Positions 39,700-51,371 are shown, counted from the first letter of the stretch. The stretch is 64,000 nucleotides of DNA from a virus (IMGVR_UViG_3300037484_000435:384001-448000); one strand, 5' to 3'. The notes: generated from the letters alone by a model not told the origin. Numbers and translations: made by a program.

Positions 39700-42600
39700 A
39701 TGAAAACTAATAAATCCCCGATGGTGCCTTTTTGGCTCCGCGTCTTTATGATGGTTACTTACCCATTCATATGGGCGGGCCAAAAGATAAAGAAATTGTT
39801 TGAGGTCTAAATGTTAACTTACAGACGAAAATGTAAGTCCTCTCCCTGTTTTTGGGAAGACGACGTCGACCGTAAATTTGAAGAAAATCCAATAGACTAC
39901 AGGAAAGATTCTACCTATGAGTGTCCTGAGTGTGGAAAGATAAATCTAGAGATTGAATTGAAAGACGAAGGAAAAATCTGGCAAATATGGACACCAAAAG
40001 GTTGTGCTACTTTTGACCCTCGATTCTGGGACACAATTATAGATAAGTATAAAGAGGAACCCGATGATAAAACAGCTAAAGTTTAAAATATACCGCCATG
40101 AATGTTATGATTGCGGGCACACTACCTGTAGAGATTTCGTGGTAGAACAGCCAATATGCGTAGAATGTAAGTCCACCACTCCTCCAATAGTTACGGAAGA
40201 AGAGCTAATAAGGGAGATAGAACTATATGATACCTACACACCCGAAGATTATGAGCGAGCCAAAAAAGTTGCCGAGGATATTTTAGCGGGGGTGCCCTTG
40301 GAAGAAATAGATGAACTTGAGTTAGGGGACAATATAAAAGATTCACGAATACCTGCTCTCTTTATGCGAGCTTGTCTTCTATCTGGTGGCGGTGCTGTTC
40401 TAGGAGAAAAGGCGTTTACAGAATGTTCGGTTGTGGTGCTTAAAGATACCAATGACAAAACAATTAAATCGGAACGAGGAAGGTATTACTAAAATGACTC
40501 ATGAAGAAAAGGTTAAGATATTAGAAATATTTAACAGAACCACGGACACTCCTTGGACTGATGAGGAAAAACGCCAACTCATGTATAATTATAGAGTTTG
40601 GGCTGCTGCTCTAACAGGCCCAATTGTTAAACGAATAGATGAATCTGGGTTGCGAAAGTCAATCAAAGTTGTTAAGCTTAATAGGATAAAAAAGGTAAAC
40701 GGTGTGGCGGAAGCTAATCCACTGGTAGTAAAACCCGGGACCCGCTGTTGGAACGGATCGGGTTATAAGCCTTACATAGTTAAGAAGGACGGGTTAGTTA
40801 AAAGTGTCACAGCACAAGCTGCGGGGAGCTTAAGGTTAGGAAGAGTTACCCCCCGAAAATATTGATAAAATGGTAAAAAAGGTAGCTAGTGCTATAATCG
40901 ACTGTGAGGCTGGGGCGATTCTGGATTTAAGGTATCAAGACAAAAATGCTAGCATTACACTTTATGTATTCAGAGACTTCGAGGCCCACGATGACCCCAG
41001 CTTAGTAAGACAGCAGAAGATAGGAATCTTCGGATGGCAAGAATTCGCAGTGGTAGCGGAGTAAGGAGGTAAAGGTGGATAAGATAGACGTAGATGTAGT
41101 TCCTGAAAATAGGTCTATAGCTGATTGGGAATGGCACGAAGCTCACGGGGATAAACAAGCAATCGAGTATATGAATGCTTATCGAAAAGCACTATATGAT
41201 GAAAAGGACCCATGTCATAGTTTTGCAAAACGTGGCGTTGCTATGACAGCAAATTTTTTAAAATGTTATGGAAGGACCAAGGAAAGAAAAGATATGGATA
41301 CTAAATTTTTCTCCGCTAATGGAGAAGTAAATGTAGAAGAAATTTTAGAAAAAGGAAGGACTTACTACTTTCATTACCAAGGCCCCGGCCAACAAGTAGA
41401 ATCTGTAACTAAAACAAGATTATCTGGGGCCACCTATCCAATAACTACACAGAGCCTTAACGCCTTGATAGACAAAATAAACGAACTAGAAGACCGTTTA
41501 GAGAAAATAGAGCAACCGAGTTAGTAATGGGGTCAGCAAATGATAGAGAAGAAAGTAGACGTCGAATGTTGGGATTGTATGGAATTAGATGGCGAAGGGG
41601 AAAAACCTAATTTTAAGCTAATCTGTCTCAAAGGACGTGACCTATATAAAAAGGAAGGCGATCGTTGTCCTGATTATGACTGGAACGAAGTAAATGATCG
41701 CCCATGGTATGAAACGAATGAGTAGATTTTATGTGGTAGAAAACCCACTCAAAATGAAAGCAATACGAAGTGTAAAAAAAGAAAAAGATGGTAAACCTTA
41801 CTATCCTTTCAGATATTGGCCCCGCGGCGACTCAGCCTCAATGCGTGCAGTATGCAACATGTCACGTCGGTGGGAACGTTACTCAATAGCCCGTGACCTG
41901 TTATGGGATAAGGGTCTAGAGGTGCCTGCAAAAGTAAACGATATGATAGACAAGTCAGAAAAATGGTTAGAAGGTTGGGGATTTCTCTGTATGCAGGATA
42001 TGCCACCTGATTTTCAAAAAGTGCTGAATGAACATTTTTGGGAGTTAATTTAATGCTCGACATACTAACTATCAAAAGAGCTCGGCAAGTTCTAGAAGAA
42101 ATAAAAGATTGGGCCCTCTGCCCCATATGCCAAGGCAAGGTGCAGGATGTTTTTGATTTGGAGACACCTGTATGCAAGGTGTGCCATGGGTGGGGCCGAG
42201 TAGCCCCAAAGGAGAATATTCAAGATGGCTAAATTAATTTGTTCTAAGTGTGGGAGTAAAAAATTTGAACCGTGGTCCAGCTCAACCCTAATGATAGGGC
42301 CAAATAAGCACACTTATACTTGTGCTCAATGCGGAAACCAAGAAGAGGTATGGGATAGTGGGGAGGCTTTCCAGCCCATGGAAGTTAACATTAGTCCTAA
42401 GGACAGAGTAGTAAAGAGGTAAAATTATGACAAACATAGTAGCAGGAAAAGTAGAGTTTTGTGACTCCAAAAAGGTTTTGGACATTCTGTATAACGAAAA
42501 TTTGGGCCATGTTTTAGTGGGTAATTATGTTCGTTTTGATGTGATAGTTAAGTACGGAAATTCACTATTAAATAGTGTGCCCATGAAGATTAAACTTAGT

Positions 42601-43514
42601 GTAGCAAACAGCCACATTAAAGTATCTATAGACCCATTTACCAATGAGGGTCGTACCGTAGCGTGCGTTGTATTAGATTCCGACGCTTCTGGCTGTAGTA
42701 ACATAATACCCTATGTGGACATAAATTATCTGCAGGAAAATGGTTATGGGTATGTAAGAAAAAACTACGGGGAGTGTGTGAGTTTAATAGATTACGCTGT
42801 TGCCACTAAGCAGGTATATACCACTATGCTTGATAGATACAGAGACAGAGATAAGCAAGGTATGCTGGAACTTATAGATAAGATTGAAAAAGACCTTGAT
42901 CGACTAAGGTGTTTAGCAACAGGTACATGAGTATGAAGACTGTTGAAGACCTAATAGCAATATTACAAACGTTACCTCCTAAATCCCGAGTGATTGTGGG
43001 GGATGATGATGAAGGAACTATAAAAGAAGTAGCCGACTTGGTGGTAAGCGATTCTAAATACTATAAGCGGTATGAAAGGAATGACTCTCCAGTTGTTGAG
43101 TTAACTGTAGAAAAGATGGACGAGTTTTGGGATAGTTGGGTAGAAGAGTTTGGTGAGGACCCTAGGGAAAAGAGGATGCCCAAAGAGTTTAAACCCAAAG
43201 TAGAAAAAATTCCCAGAGAAATTGGATTTTATACTAATGAAAAAACGCCCGCCGAGGTAAAAGAAATATATGAATTCATGCACCAAAAAGGTTATGTTAT
43301 TATAGGGGCGGAAGTTAACGGAGAATTTGACCAACGAGACTACCTAAAAGGTACTAGAAAAATATCTGTAAAATACTTCTACAGGTTGCAGGATGCGGAC
43401 TTCATGGAAGAGCCCGTTTACCGCTGTGTAATTACTGCCCCAGGTGCCCACGGCAGTGTGTGGATACTAGGAGAAGACCCCGTTACAAAATACTTAGAGC
43501 GGGTGGCTTATTAG
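39700..43514 (+). other. run of small hypothetical and Zn-ribbon ORFs (39700-39810, 39811-40086, 40064-40492, about 40494-40865, 40870-41064, 41075-41524, 41540-41725, about 41718-42053, about 42053-42232, 42225-42422, 42427-42930, about 42927-43514)
   Basis: Continuous coupling; multiple CxxC pairs. Confidence 0.7.
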
Positions 43515-43525
43515 GGGAGGGGAAA

Positions 43526-43885
43526 ATGAATCTAAAAGACGTTTGTAATGAAGATGAGCTTATAACTCGTGTGTTTCATTTTCACCAACAACCTCTAAGT
43601 CTAACGTTAATGGGAGATGAATGGTATATTTACCCACGTGAGTGGTGTGAACGTATAGGTTTACAATGGCAACCACAAAGCAAGAAGTTTCGACGGAGTG
43701 CAGAATTAGGTTGCCAACAAATAGAGGTTTTGGGTAAAGATGGGAAAGTAAGATTAGAATTCTATTTGCCACTGGCACGAGCACGACAATGGTTAGAAAG
43801 TATGCAACCTAAACGTCTTAGCGAATATGTCCAAGAACGGTTGGCACAATATCAATATGAATTACTGGACTTATTGGGGCAGTAA
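43526..43885 (+). CDS. P22 antirepressor N-terminal-like domain protein
   Basis: CERIGLQWQPQ.KK...LPL.....WL.S.....L.....ERL..YQ.E...LL; SD GGAGG. Confidence 0.7.
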   Translation: MNLKDVCNEDELITRVFHFHQQPLSLTLMGDEWYIYPREWCERIGLQWQPQSKKFRRSAELGCQQIEVLGKDGKVRLEFYLPLARARQWLESMQPKRLSEYVQERLAQYQYELLDLLGQ

Positions 43886-44329
43886 ATGAAACGACAACTT
43901 AGAGACCTACAAAAGTTGTATAAGTTTGCTAATGACCGTAATATAGTGATTGAGGAAGTATCAAAATTCGAGAATGAATACGCAATAGGACAGTACTTAG
44001 GACGTTTTGATTTTACTCTAGGCGACGATCCTGATTATCTACAAAATATACATGTGCGAATCAAATCGGGTTTAAATCCTGTACTGCGTTTGTCTACTAT
44101 TGCACACGAAATAGGTCACGACAAACATGCGTTCGAGATGAGCAGCTCGTTAAAAAGTGAGATGTTGGCGTGGGATGAGGGGGAGAAGTTGTTGCAGCAA
44201 TTAAAAATCCGGATACCCCAAGGCTTCTATCGGGCTTGGCAAAACCATAAAGAATCCATTCTGTTTCTACAGAAAATGCATCGTTTAGTGAGAATAATCG
44301 AAAAGGAGAAAAATGACTTGGTATCCTAA
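43886..44329 (+). CDS. ImmA/IrrE-like HExxH metallopeptidase
   Basis: TIAHEIGH...E..AW. Confidence 0.7.
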   Translation: MKRQLRDLQKLYKFANDRNIVIEEVSKFENEYAIGQYLGRFDFTLGDDPDYLQNIHVRIKSGLNPVLRLSTIAHEIGHDKHAFEMSSSLKSEMLAWDEGEKLLQQLKIRIPQGFYRAWQNHKESILFLQKMHRLVRIIEKEKNDLVS

Positions 44330-45506
44330 ACATCTACATTGCTCTAATTGTGGAGAATACACAGTAGAGTATGGCCCTGTGCAACCTTGGGGGGAACGTT
44401 CCCGTTGGTGTCCTGATTGTGCTGAGGAAGGTCTACGAAATTTGAAAAACAAAAGAGAACGCGTTGCTAAAGAATTAGAAGACTTGGATAAACATATTTT
44501 GGATTCCCAAGAAAGTATGATTAGAACGCAAGAATTAACTAAACAAGCTAAATATGAAAAGGCAAGACGATGATTGACAACACATTCAAAGACCTAAATG
44601 AGTGGTATGAGAATCTAAATAGAAGACTAGCTGGTGAACTTTACGGGGCAGTAGTAAGAAAATTTGATGAATTCTTTGTGGGAACTGATTGGTCAAACGC
44701 CCATTATTCCGCGGAAATATCTTCTCTAGATGAGGATACCGCCGGTATATTAGTTACTTTTGACTACCAACACCCAGATTTAATCCTACGTTGCGGCCTA
44801 TCTGTATGTAAAAATTGGCGGGGCTTTGTGTCGTCAATGCTAACAACCGATTTTGAAAAGCCATCTGGCTCATGTGGAATGCGGGCTCATTTTCGAGGAT
44901 TAGATGAGTTCTGGGAGGAGTGGCCAGAATACTCTCGTAAGGCTCTAGAGGGTAACTATTTAGTTGAGGTGACCTATGGTAAATGCTATTGGAGTGAACA
45001 GAAGGAATACCTTTCTAATTATAGCGTTACTATATCTCCCACATCAGACCCACCAGATATAATAGTAGATGGGGTAAAACATTACCGAGTAGCCAGTAAG
45101 AACATGGAAGAACGTAATATAGATTTTTGGGCCGAAAAAGCACGGATGGGCGGGATAATGGCTATTGATGATTATTTTGGGAGGACCAAATGAACGACAA
45201 AATGTTTGATGTGTTGTGGCTTTGTATCACGATATATTTCTTATGCACCATGATAAGCATGAGTATGATGGAAAGCCGCATTATGAGTCATATAGATGTG
45301 CTACAACAACAGGTATTAAGCGTAATAAAAGAAGTAAGGAAATGAAAACAGAAATTATCATACTTGCTATTGTAATGGTTATCATGATGGTCGTATCGTC
45401 AGTTACTTTCTTTTCGACAACATATCAGATTAGAAAGTTACGAACCGAACTACACCAGCTTACCGAGACTGTGCGGCAGCAACTACCGGCGAGGCCAGAA
45501 AAATGA
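44313..45506 (+). other. Zn-ribbon 44313-44573, hypothetical 44570-45193, small membrane ORF ending at 45506
   Basis: Coupled ORFs. Confidence 0.65.
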
Positions 45507-45994
45507 ATCACAAATTAGACACCGACACACATGTATTTTTCTATGAGCAAGAATTTTATGTTCTTTCTAATTTTTCTCCCTTTAGGATTATATGGAGAGG
45601 TCTTGATTTTGATACGTCAGAACACGTTTATCATTGGGAGAAATTTCCAGATTTTACAGAAATACAGAATGCTATTTTACTAGCCCGTTCCGCCCACCGT
45701 GCCTTTAAGACTGCGGAATACTATAAAGACTTAATAAGGCTAGATTGGCATGAAGTAAAGGTTAGCGTTATGAAAGAGATATTGCTCGCCAAGATAAAGC
45801 AACACAAATATGTGGAAAAGAAACTGATGGACACAGGTGACCGCTGGTTAGTAGAAGACTCTTGGCGGGACGATTTTTGGGGCTGGGGTGAAGACGGGAA
45901 AGGACAAAATATGTTAGGTCGTTTGTGGATGGAAATCCGAGACGAGCTCAGGAGCAGAAATGATAGAGAAGATAAACCCACAAACAGCGTATAA
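45503..45994 (+). CDS. NADAR (YbiA-like) family protein
   Basis: LSNFSP, TSEHVYHWEKF, DW..VK..VM...L.AK..QH, L..TG...LVE....D.FWG.G..GKGQNMLG..WM..R. Confidence 0.92.
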   Translation: MNHKLDTDTHVFFYEQEFYVLSNFSPFRIIWRGLDFDTSEHVYHWEKFPDFTEIQNAILLARSAHRAFKTAEYYKDLIRLDWHEVKVSVMKEILLAKIKQHKYVEKKLMDTGDRWLVEDSWRDDFWGWGEDGKGQNMLGRLWMEIRDELRSRNDREDKPTNSV

Positions 45995-48561
45995 GTGGAT
46001 GGAACACAAACAATTAATAGATAAGATTAACGAGCTGGTGGAAGAGGTCAACCGCTTAGGCCGAGAACCCGTACCACATTATCACAGGGAGGCGGGCAAA
46101 GGAGAGCCGAATTCAGACCTTAACTGGGACCACTATGAGAGAAAGGACAAATGATAAAGAAAATAAATTACAGTGCTCATGACCGCCCGCCATCTACAGT
46201 AGAGTTAGTAGAAAAAATGGACGAGATAATAGACACCATAAATCTATTGATGGAACACGCACTCACACATCCAGTCGATTCTGGTAAACTAATGGCCAGA
46301 ACCCAACAGAAGAATGGAGAACCAAAATGACCCATAAAGAAAATGCTCTAAATAGCTTAACTTCGGCTATGCGGTTTCTAATGAAAGCCGAGACCAAGAA
46401 AGAGGGGGATGAAGCTTACGCACTGGTGCAATATGCCCTCAAAAAGTATTACGACACTATGTGGGTGCATAAAGACGGAGACCAGCGTGATTTCACGCAA
46501 GGCGGGGGCCCTCTAGTGGGTACTTACGACCAATTTCAGGAGTAATAAATGACAACTTCAGAAAAAATGCAACGGCTGTTAGATTTACCTAACAACCCTA
46601 AGCTTGAATTCATGTGTTGTGAAAATAACAACGGGTATGTCGCGATTTTTCGCATAACGTGGGAAGACCAATCTAAGGATGTCTTTATGACCTACGACCA
46701 TACCTTTACGGAAGACGGTAAAGTCGATACAACGTTTGGGCAGTCTACTATAGACGACGCGGTTGATGTGATTTTTGAAAAGGTATCGGCGGGGGTACAA
46801 CAACGCATACAAAGACACAAAGACACCGTTGTAGCCTTCTCGCGGGTAATCGACCGGATGGGCGACGGGAAATAAGAATGAAAATGTGTCTAAAAATAAG
46901 TGTTTTGCTTTTGTGGCTGTTTACTGTCCCATCCTTAGGGGCGGGCGTTGATTGTGAATATTTAGCGAGCGACACGCGGGCTCTGTGTCAACGTTTACAA
47001 GCGATAGAAGCGAAGCAAGACCAGATATTACAAAACCAAACAAAGATAAAGAAAGCCCTGATGTTGATGTCCCGCGGTATTGGCTATGCTGACGGAGATA
47101 ATACGGTAGAGAAAGTATTAAAAGAGAGGTAATTATGGGAACAACACTTAAACAAGAAACAAACCAAGACCTATTGCGGGCACTGCGGGAACATGGGTAT
47201 ACTTTGGTAAGCGTAAGGCATGAACACGACGGAAATCGTATGAGTCACTATCGCGTGGTCCACCCCGACCTACAGGGACACTTTACTATCGTAGACCGAT
47301 ATGATTACTTTGAGAACTTAGGGCAATATGGAAGATTCGATTGTAGATTTTGGGTAAATTCGGACTACGAGAAAGCAGACCGCCGCTCCGATGGGTATAC
47401 TGTACACCATGAAATTGCCCAAGAACCCGAAGAGTGCCTCACCAAAATAGACGCGTGGGCAGAGCATATAAAATCCGGTGAGGAAAAATGGATAATTGGG
47501 GAATGGCGCGAACCCGTAAGATATATCCACCCCATGAGTTTGTGTGACTTTACGTTAGCGTCTGGAGTGGAAATATGGAAGCCAGTAAAAGAGGCAGAAA
47601 TAAATGATTGAAAATATAAGAGGTAAATATGTATACTGGTCTATGAAGGTGTATGTGTGGATAACTACCCTATGGTGGAACCACATTACGAGGCAAAAAG
47701 ACATTCATTGGGATAATATGGACCCCGAACTTCGTAGACAAGTAGAGTGGCATATAAAAAGGGAATTGTAAGGAGGACCTGTATGATAGAAATAAATGGA
47801 AATCGATATGTATTTGCGCCCGAATATACGCCTTATGGCGACGGCTATACAACGAAAGATAGGTATCTAGTCGAAACGGACACGCCCCAAGAATTTTGTG
47901 ATAAGATTGCAGAAGCAGGTAGTGTTTCTAGCTGTTATCGGGTAGAAGACCACGAAGACCACATCTATTTCAATACTAACGTGAAGTCGCGGAAGGAAAT
48001 TTTTATACCTCTGGCAGAACGATATCACATTGCCCCCGAGGAATACGGCTTTGCTTGGTTTCTGATGCCATGGGGAACGGTATATGTTCACTCCTGCGGG
48101 TCAGGACCAAACGATAGTTTTTACCATTCGTATACGTGGTCTAAAGTAAAGGGCTTAACGGAACTAAAACAGACTCTATTTGGAGAGGAAGCATGAGTAT
48201 GGCATGGTTAGCCGAGCATTTTGCAGGCAAAGAAGTTACCTATACAGTGTACACTCTGAAAGGAGGAACTAAAGTATTCCCTTCCTACGTTGACTGGATT
48301 TGGGAAGTGCGTTGTAGAAAATGTGGCGAGGAAGTATTGTTAGCCCGACAAGGGTGTTTAGTTTGTGCCCTGCCTTATTATGGAGAATGCACCGAAGAAG
48401 TGCCTGGTGAAATTAAAAACAATTACCGTTGTGATCGTTGGGCACACGAATGTGGTTGGCCTTACTTCGAGCCTGATGCTTGTGAAAAAAAGAAAAGAAA
48501 ACAAGGCGTAGGGTCTTATGAGATTACATATTATGGTCCCACACCAAAGGAAGACAAATAA
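45960..48561 (+). other. run of small ORFs (45960-46154, 46151-46330, 46327-46545, 46549-46875, 46878-47132, 47135-47611, 47604-47771, about 47783-48196, 48193-48561)
   Basis: Coupled ORFs; 46151-46330 and 47604-47771 are absent from the track. Confidence 0.7.
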
Positions 48562-48640
48562 AAAGGAATAACCAAGGACCTTCTTTGAATTTCGAGTGTC
48601 TTATTAGATATGGTTACGATTGTTATGGAGGAGTATCAAC

Positions 48641-48760
48641 ATGTCTAAAAAGAAACCAGTGGACGACCCTGTATTGGAGCCTATAGCCCCAGTAGTGCCG
48701 GTTCCCGTGCCAGAACCTTTGGTGCCGCCCCCGAAGAAGCCTAAGCCCAAGGCAAAGTAA
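48641..48760 (+). CDS. 39-aa Pro/Lys-rich peptide
   Basis: SD GGAGGAG; MSKKKPVDDPVLEPIAPVVPVPVPEPLVPPPKKPKPKAK. Confidence 0.65.
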   Translation: MSKKKPVDDPVLEPIAPVVPVPVPEPLVPPPKKPKPKAK

Positions 48761-48842
48761 ATAAACGCGTTTCTTTTTCCCCCAAACAAATTAGAGAACT
48801 GTGTGGTAACAAAATCGTAGTTGACCTGCAAAAGTATTCGGT

Positions 48843-49432
48843 GTGTGCATAGCCATGGCCGACGACTTTTACGCAAAACTAGTTGAACAAAAAAATGAAC
48901 TCATCAAACATAGAAGAGAGCTGGAGATTTTACGGGAAGAAAAAGACGCCCAACTAAAACACGATCTCCGAGAAGTCGATAGTAAGATTAGAGATTGTGT
49001 AGAACGGATAGAAGAAGCTCAGCTAATTTATCACCAAGAACTAAAACATAAAGAACCCATAGCCGCGGGATATTATTGGGGACGAAATAAATGGCGTAAA
49101 AATCCTGAGGATTACGATATGATTATCTTGGTAACAAAACCTAATCGTAATGGTGTGCAAGAATGGTATATGATGTCCCGAGAGTTGATTGGGTGGAATG
49201 AACGAAAGGACTACGAATATACATTGGGGGAATTCATAGGGGAAGAAAGGTGAGACGCGAGACCGTAGGAGAGGCTTATGTCCGTGTCCGCCGTGTTTAC
49301 GACCGACTTAGCTGTATGATTGAACAAGACGATGGACATAACCCTGAAAGAACCCGAAGATTAAAAGCTGCCTTAGAAAGAATTGACGGAGCCCTAGATG
49401 GTATAGAATCATATTGGGAATGTTATGACTAA
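48843..49432 (+). other. coiled-coil ORF 48843-49253 and small ORF 49250-49432
   Basis: Coupled ORFs. Confidence 0.65.
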
Positions 49433-49803
49433 TGCCAGCAAAAAAGTATTACAGACAAAGTATAGGGAAGGGTTTGTGTTCTATTTGCGGAAAGCCCGCA
49501 CCATATGGAACTAAGTGTGGGGATTGCCAAGAACGACACAATGCCTACAAAAGAGCGAGACGACAACAGATAAAAATAAGAGCTGTAGAATATAAAGGTG
49601 GAAAATGTGAAAAATGTGGCCGAATATTCCACCCTGATGTTTATGACTTTCACCACCGAGACCCTAAAACGAAAGAGAATATAATTACACAAGTGATGGA
49701 TCGTGGATGGCCACAGACGAAAAGAGAAATAGACATGTGTGCTCTCCTATGTGCAAACTGCCATAGGATAGAGCATATAGAAATGAGAGAATCACATCCT
49801 TAG
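49432..49803 (+). CDS. Zn-finger HNH endonuclease-like protein
   Basis: CSICG...CGDC; YKGGKCEKCG...YDFHH.DP..K...C.LLCANCHR..H. Confidence 0.85.
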   Translation: MPAKKYYRQSIGKGLCSICGKPAPYGTKCGDCQERHNAYKRARRQQIKIRAVEYKGGKCEKCGRIFHPDVYDFHHRDPKTKENIITQVMDRGWPQTKREIDMCALLCANCHRIEHIEMRESHP

Positions 49804-49872
49804 GTATCCTATCGGGCCGAACATGAAGAGAGGGTGGACCCCCTCCCCTAAGGCATTTTGGGAATTCAAAAG

Positions 49873-49906
49873 AGTATAGGGCCACCCCCTCGGTCCTATA
49901 CTTTCC
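49873..49906 (+). terminator. terminator ending the plus-strand run
   Basis: AGTATAGGGCC-loop-GGTCCTATACT followed by a pyrimidine tract. Confidence 0.65.
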
Positions 49907-50009
49907 TTCCTATTTATTAATTTATCCCTTCTTATATAATATTTTATCATTTCTTTTATACATTCCCCCACTTTATTACGTTCAGAACCGTAAATAAAAA
50001 GCCTTTTGT

Positions 50010-50630
50010 TTGTGGATAAAGAAAGCCTTTGGGACTTTCTTTATTTCCTGTCACGTAGAGCAAGAGTGAGTATGACTCTTGCTCCAGTGTTTAGTCTTGT
50101 TCACGATCTACCCCACAGGAGAGGGGTTCCCTCTGCGTCCTCCTTCGAGGTTAACCACATCCCGCGTTTGAGTTACCTCTCTCGCTTTCAATGGCTACGC
50201 TTTGGCATTGAGTCAACATTACCTCCAATAGGACTCCAATCCTACCAGAGGTAATACCAACTCAAGGCAGAGATGGTGGCAAACCACCTCTGCGTTTTTG
50301 GTCTTGAGTCCCATAGACATGAGACGCCGACCTCCCTTACGCTGCCAACGTAAGGCTTTTCTGTCCCCTCTAGCATTGGCTTTGACCTGCCGTTGCTAAA
50401 GGGTTAGTCCCACGTATCTGAGTTGTCACCCCAGAGTTGCGGACAAGAAAGACCTAGCCCGAAAGCTAGTCCACCGTTCAGTGGAACAAATATCTCCAAC
50501 GTCAGGGGAATCCCCAACTGGCTCACTGCTTTTGACCAAAGGCCTACTACCCACAATGGGCAGCGGTGTCCAGTCTACTAACAGATTGCCAGAAGGTTCA
50601 GAGCCCTTCAGTTAGAGAGAGATTTGTTTC
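50010..50630 (-). ncRNA. large structured non-coding RNA candidate (about 600 nt), class unassigned
   Basis: More than ten stems, with repeated G-U pairs on the minus strand only; UUCG and GUAA tetraloops; no credible ORF; promoter-like motif upstream and end hairpin. Confidence 0.65.
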
Positions 50631-50631
50631 T

Positions 50632-50666
50632 TTCTCTATTATTACTATTAATATATTATACGCGCG
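50632..50666 (-). promoter_or_regulatory. class B promoter-like motif
   Basis: Minus strand CGCGCG...TATATT-N9-AATAGAGAA. Confidence 0.6.
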
Positions 50667-50723
50667 AGGAATAAAAAACCTTTCCGATGTATAAGGCTTC
50701 TTATGTATTCGCGCGGGGAGTAA

Positions 50724-50765
50724 AAGAGCGTTAAAAGGTTTTCACCTCCTTTCTTTAACGCTCTT
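50724..50765 (-). repeat. 12-bp hairpin displaying an orphan SD
   Basis: AAGAGCGTTAAA-GAAAGGAGGTGAAAACCT-TTTAACGCTCTT. Confidence 0.7.
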
Positions 50766-50774
50766 ATACATATG

Positions 50775-50951
50775 CTAGTAGTTGTATTTCTCTCTCAGGT
50801 CATCGAACATCCCAGCGTATGGGTCATCCGTTTTCCTGAACAGATCATCGTAAGCCTTCTTGTCTTTGGCTTCTCTCTCCAGTTTGTCAATCCTACCAGA
50901 ATTCCAAACAACACCAGCAGCCGCCAACAGTGTCAATGTAACTGGGTCCAT
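50775..50951 (-). CDS. 58-aa protein with hydrophobic N-terminus
   Basis: Not in track; SD GAGGTG; MDPVTLTLLAAAGVVWNSGRIDKLERE... Confidence 0.7.
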   Translation of the reverse strand: MDPVTLTLLAAAGVVWNSGRIDKLEREAKDKKAYDDLFRKTDDPYAGMFDDLREKYNY

Positions 50952-51084
50952 AACACACCTCTCGTGTGGAATATGCGTATTACGTATTTTATAGAGGTGT
51001 CTCCCTCTACTCTTACTTAAATAACTATGACGCGCGGGGTTAGCGTAAACACGAGATGTACAGTCTCATGTTATACGCTATCCA

Positions 51085-51358
51085 TTAACTGATGTCCTTG
51101 AGGAATCTATGCAAGCCCTTCCTCATGTCTTCCCCAAGATGCCTCATATCTCGGAGAAACTTTTCATCTGCTGTTTCGGGCTCAGGTTCGGTTGCCCGTT
51201 TGATTTCGGTAACCTTATCCTCAACCTTCCTGACCACAGCTTTAATCTCGCCCCGCACAAAACGCGCGGCTTGATTGAACTGCTCAGCTTTAGACTCCCC
51301 CGCATTACTACGGCGGGCAAGTCCTTATAAGCCCATCTAGTCTTTCCAAAAACGACAT
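51085..51358 (-). pseudogene. frameshifted small gene
   Basis: SD GGGAG plus MSFLERLDGLI; one extra base near 51325 separates it from an open frame to TAA at 51085 (total 274 nt = 3n+1). Confidence 0.55.
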
Positions 51359-51371
51359 TGCTATTCTCCCC

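Noticed and set aside
50010-50630. RNase P, tmRNA, group I or group II intron identity for the large RNA
   Set aside because: Short echoes exist (ACAGAAAAGCCTTA, GGAGCAAG, GACTA), but GAGGAAAGUCC, tRNA-like ends with CCA, a P7 GACUA/UAGUC pair and a domain V are all missing; no interrupted host gene.
50006-51330. Plus-strand ORFs 50006-50254, 50772-51020, 51092-51274 and 51109-51330
   Set aside because: No SD and atypical composition; they shadow the structured RNA or real minus-strand genes.
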